Shown: positions 61,301 to 64,000 of the stretch, piece after piece
How positions within the stretch are numbered: the stretch's first letter is position 1
How the letters are laid out: each line of letters starts with the position of its first letter
DNA from: Zootoca vivipara
Lineage: Eukaryota
Assembly: GCF_963506605.1 (NCBI RefSeq)
Contig: NC_083278.1
Span: 8,556,001-8,620,000 of the forward strand
Length of the DNA stretch: 64,000 bases
Direction of reading: 5' to 3'
The notes under the pieces: model-generated
The model's database searches: none
Seen by the model: only the letters and a program-made list of their open reading frames with translations
What the model was told of the DNA's origin: nothing
Made by a program: the position numbers and the translations under genes

Positions 61301-62500
61301 TGTCCCGGTTTGCAACCTCTTTTTGGATTACAAGCCATTTTTGTTTTGGATTACGAACAAAAGTTTTTTGGAGGCCCCATTGGCAAAAGCGTGCTTTAGG
61401 TTACAACCTGTTTTGGTTTACAAACGGACCTCCGGAACGGATTATGGTTGTAAACCAAGGTTACCACTGTAGTAAAAACATGATGAAACATCAAACATTA
61501 AAAGCTTCCCTAAACAGGGCTGCCTTCAGATGTCTTCTAAAAGTCAGATAGTTCTTTATTTCCTTGACATCTGATGGGAGGGCGTTCCTCAGGGCGGGCA
61601 CCACTACCAAGAAGCCCCTATTCAGCAGTGAATGGGGATCTGATTCAAAGTAAATAGTTGACAGCGCTGTTTCCTTGCGCACTCAGGATTGCAGAAACCA
61701 CACCAGGCTAGAGAATCAGTTCTTTACTACCTTGCTCTTATATATTTTAAACAATATCCTGAGGAAGGGAGTGGGTCTCATCCACACTGTACATTTAAAG
61801 CACATTACTTCCCCCAAAGAAGCTGTAATTTTTAAGGGTGCTGGGAGTTGGAGGAATGTGAGCGGTAAACTACTGGTTATTGTTGTTGTTGTTTATTAAA
61901 TTCCTTTACTGCCCTTCATGCAAAGATCACAGTTTACAGCTCCCAGCATTCTTTGGTGGGAGCAGTGTGCTTTAAATATTGTGTTAATGTGACTAGAGGA
62001 GCTAGTTCAGGCATCCCCAAACTGCGGCCCTCCAGATGTTTTGGCCTACAACTCCCATGATCCCTAGCTAAGAGGACCAGTGGTCAGGGATGATGGGAAT
62101 TGTAGTCCAAAACATTTGGAGGTCCGAAGTTTGGGGGTGCCTGAGCTAGTTTCAGGTGTGGGGAATCTGGAATGAAAGTCCTCACATCTCTTTGTGCTAT
62201 GGGGATGGATGGGGCAAGGAGTCTTAGGAGGGCTCCTTAAGCCACAGGATGGTGAAAGGAAGTAGGACAAAGAAAAGCAGGATGGAGATATGAATAAAGC
62301 ACTGGGGGGAGTTGTAAATGGGAATAAATTTTACTTATCAATTTGAGCTAATCAACCAATTCTTTGGCTACAGACTTCTAGTTAAGGTTTGTATTTTTCC
62401 TCGTCTCGAGTTTAGGCTGCGTATATTCGACAGCGGCGTTATGGTGATTGAGCTGCAGTCCCACAATGAAGAAGAGATGGTGGCTTCTGCCTTAGAGACA
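45489..62500 (+). CDS. VPS36: ESCRT-II subunit VPS36/EAP45 (GLUE domain), 3'-partial; 12 coding exons, 330 codons in window
   Basis: Exons: 45489-45584 ([17 protein letters not shown]), 47284-47352, 48604-48674, 50327-50441, 50833-50922, 51376-51462, 54901-54933, 55600-55677, 57115-57249 ([21 protein letters not shown]), 59111-59176, 60678-60742, 62416-62500. All GT-AG and in frame. No stop codon is reached, so the final exons lie beyond the window. Confidence 0.96.
48394..48529. mobile_element. hAT MITE, same family
   Basis: Perfect TSD ttctacag. Confidence 0.88.
48855..49050 (-). mobile_element. L2 3' fragment
   Basis: acagggctgccttcagatgtct...gacatctgacgggagagcattcca is similar to 61514-61600. 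Confidence 0.55.
49230..49593 (-). mobile_element. Sauria SINE, full length
   Basis: Reverse complement of the same family. Imperfect TSD agtggtaatca / agtggccatca. Confidence 0.9.
49975..50045 (+). mobile_element. CR1-type 3' tail (others near 12625-12690 -, 56540-56790 +, 63097-63150 +)
   Basis: gggttggactagatgaccctcagggtcccttccaactct..ttctat. Confidence 0.6.
51069..51185 (-). mobile_element. Sauria SINE 3' fragment
   Basis: aaggtaaagggacccctgacc...ggtcatgtggccagc. Confidence 0.75.
52047..52233. mobile_element. hAT MITE
   Basis: cagagctttccaaact / gcaaagctctg ends with TSD ttttagag / ttttagaa. Confidence 0.6.
52341..52923. mobile_element. Cluster of three hAT MITEs (52341-52476, 52492-52627, 52788-52923)
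   Basis: Separate TSDs gtcaaacc, ctatatag and ggttaaaa/ggttagaa. Confidence 0.9.
53595..53775 (+). mobile_element. Old tRNA-derived squamate SINE (related copies near 46908-47025 + and 40172-40360 -)
   Basis: Shared agtagag..atctgc..gcatgcagaag..ggttcaa..gagctagatgg..gtataaggca core. Confidence 0.5.
56056..56091. repeat. (TATTC)n microsatellite
   Basis: Visible directly in the sequence. Confidence 0.85.
57343..57386 (+). mobile_element. Minimal RTE/BovB-type 3' end insertion
   Basis: agagtcggacacgactaaacga..., flanked by an 11-bp direct repeat atgtatgcata (57332-57342 and 57387-57397). Confidence 0.6.
58281..58307. repeat. (TG)n microsatellite
   Basis: Visible directly in the sequence. 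Confidence 0.9.
61048..61186. other. Assembly gap, 139 N
   Basis: Run of N in a VPS36 intron, abutting an L2 3' end where a (TAA)n tail would be expected. Confidence 0.99.
61187..61615 (-). mobile_element. L2 3' end interrupted by a Tc1/mariner MITE
   Basis: 61472-61615 and 61187-61225 match the reverse complement of the 19400-19590 L2 3' region, and the MITE sits between them. Confidence 0.65.
61228..61469. mobile_element. Tigger-like MITE
   Basis: ggtaccttggtttaca / tgtaaaccaaggttaccactg|ta. Confidence 0.72.
62008..62143. mobile_element. hAT MITE, same family
   Basis: Perfect TSD agctagtt. Confidence 0.88.
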
Positions 62501-64000
62501 GTATGTAAACGTTTTATTTTCTCAAGCAATCCGTTAAAGAAACAGTGATGCTTTCTGTTGTTGTCACCAAGCTTCAAATCTATGTCCTGTTTCCTTTTGT
62601 AAATCACACATGCACCAAGACCCACACATTTTTACATGTCAGAAGAATAGACACCACCTGCTTCAAGCTCAGCATAGCTGGATACAGTCAAGACAGATCT
62701 CTTGTCTCTGTATTCCCATTGCCTGCCTTTATGCAAAAGATGGGTAATTTTCTGCAGTTTTCGTCCCTTGTTCCTGGTGTATATTTTGCTCTAGGAAGCT
62801 TAGTTCGATCAGAATCAAGTGTCAACACTTTGTTTGGTCAGCACTTCCAGAGTTAATGCTAGATACATTACTGCTGGTTAATGAGCCACTATAGCTGCTA
62901 GAGGGCTGTGAAAATTTGTGTCCTGGGCTTTTAGACTCGTCTCCCCATGTACTAAATGAAACCAAAGAGGCACATTGTTTGCCAGATGTGAATTCCCCCC
63001 CCCAGCTCTCCTACCCTACTAAACTGACTGTGTTGATCCTGCCCCGCAAGAGGCTGCAAAGCCCCAGCACCTCCCTTTCATGTCAACCCCTACTTTGAGC
63101 AGGGGTTGGACAGGATGGCCTCCCGATACCCTTGCCAGTTCTGTGATTCTGGTGGCAAAATGAGTGTGCCGGTGCATATAAAGAGTATAGGATATGGTAC
63201 ATGTGTTCTCACCCTGCAGCCATGACCCCTTGTGTATCTTTGCTGGTGGGATGGCTCTGCAGGCATACTGAGAAAGTTCTGCTGGGATATCTGTCGCAGG
63301 AGCAGGCTATCTTGCCTTCCTCCAGTGTCGTAGGGCTTCTGCTGAATTCTACGAACTTTCAGCAGCAGATTTCCAGTGCAGGTTTTTACCCGAAGTTTCT
63401 AAAATCCTAACTAAATGTTTGCTAAGCAGGAAAGGCCTGGTATTTGACCTGCAGGTTAGGGACACATGCCTACTTCAAAGGACTTCCTGTTACTGGAGGG
63501 GAGGGGAGGGACTGAAAAAATTGACCGCTGCTTCACATGTTGTGAAGATAAATTGTTCCATCATATTTTCTGTAAGGAGCTATGGCTCGTGGTATATGAG
63601 GTTATCCTACCTTTTGTCTTACCACAAACCCGAGAAATGGGTTAAGGTGAGAGGTGGTGGCATTCTCAGGGCCACAAAGAGACCATCATAGCCAAACAAG
63701 GATTTGAATCCAGGGCTCCCTAATCAAAATCCAGCACTCTCCATCCCTTCGTCATTTAGCAGATACTAAATGTGCACACATAGGCACAAGCAGTGTTCCT
63801 TATAACATGTGAGATCCATATCTGTCTTTGGGACAGTGTATAATTGGAACCACAATTGTACTAGATCACCATACCATGGATGCTCTGTTTACACTTAGTT
63901 TAAAAGGGAGAGAGAAAGAGAAAGAGAGACCATTATGGCTCTTGCATATTATAGATTACATGCCATGTACAGACCTCTCTACCTGTTAAAGTGTGTGTGC

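Noticed and set aside
60954-61472. ORFs spanning the N run
   Set aside because: They are artefacts of the assembly gap and MITE sequence.

Overview
This is vertebrate genomic DNA from a squamate reptile, probably a lacertid lizard (inferred from Sauria SINEs, Squam-type SINEs and abundant hAT/Tc1-mariner MITEs). It holds four intron-rich protein-coding genes in the order NEK5(-), NEK3(-), CKAP2(-), VPS36(+). NEK3 and CKAP2 are complete; NEK5 runs off the left edge and VPS36 off the right edge. I reconstructed exon boundaries by hand from splice signals and reading-frame phase, and most short ORFs in the supplied track are spurious or transposon-derived. I did not find a wholly new biological system. 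The most noteworthy observations are: (1) CKAP2 appears N-terminally remodelled, with the probable ancestral start now a 7-codon uORF, one exon apparently missing, a frameshift in an A7 run and a restart just before the KEN box; (2) two consecutive GC-AG introns in NEK3 and a probable third in NEK5; (3) a sense-oriented L1 3' end with AATAAA directly after the last NEK5 kinase exon; (4) a repeated R-[KQR]-x-W...L..A module on symmetric exons shared by NEK3 and NEK5; (5) an X-box at the NEK5 promoter and a CDE-CHR/CCAAT set at CKAP2; (6) young CpG-rich DNA-transposon cargoes, Helitrons and nested MITEs. Comparisons to human or bird orthologues are from memory and need alignment to confirm.
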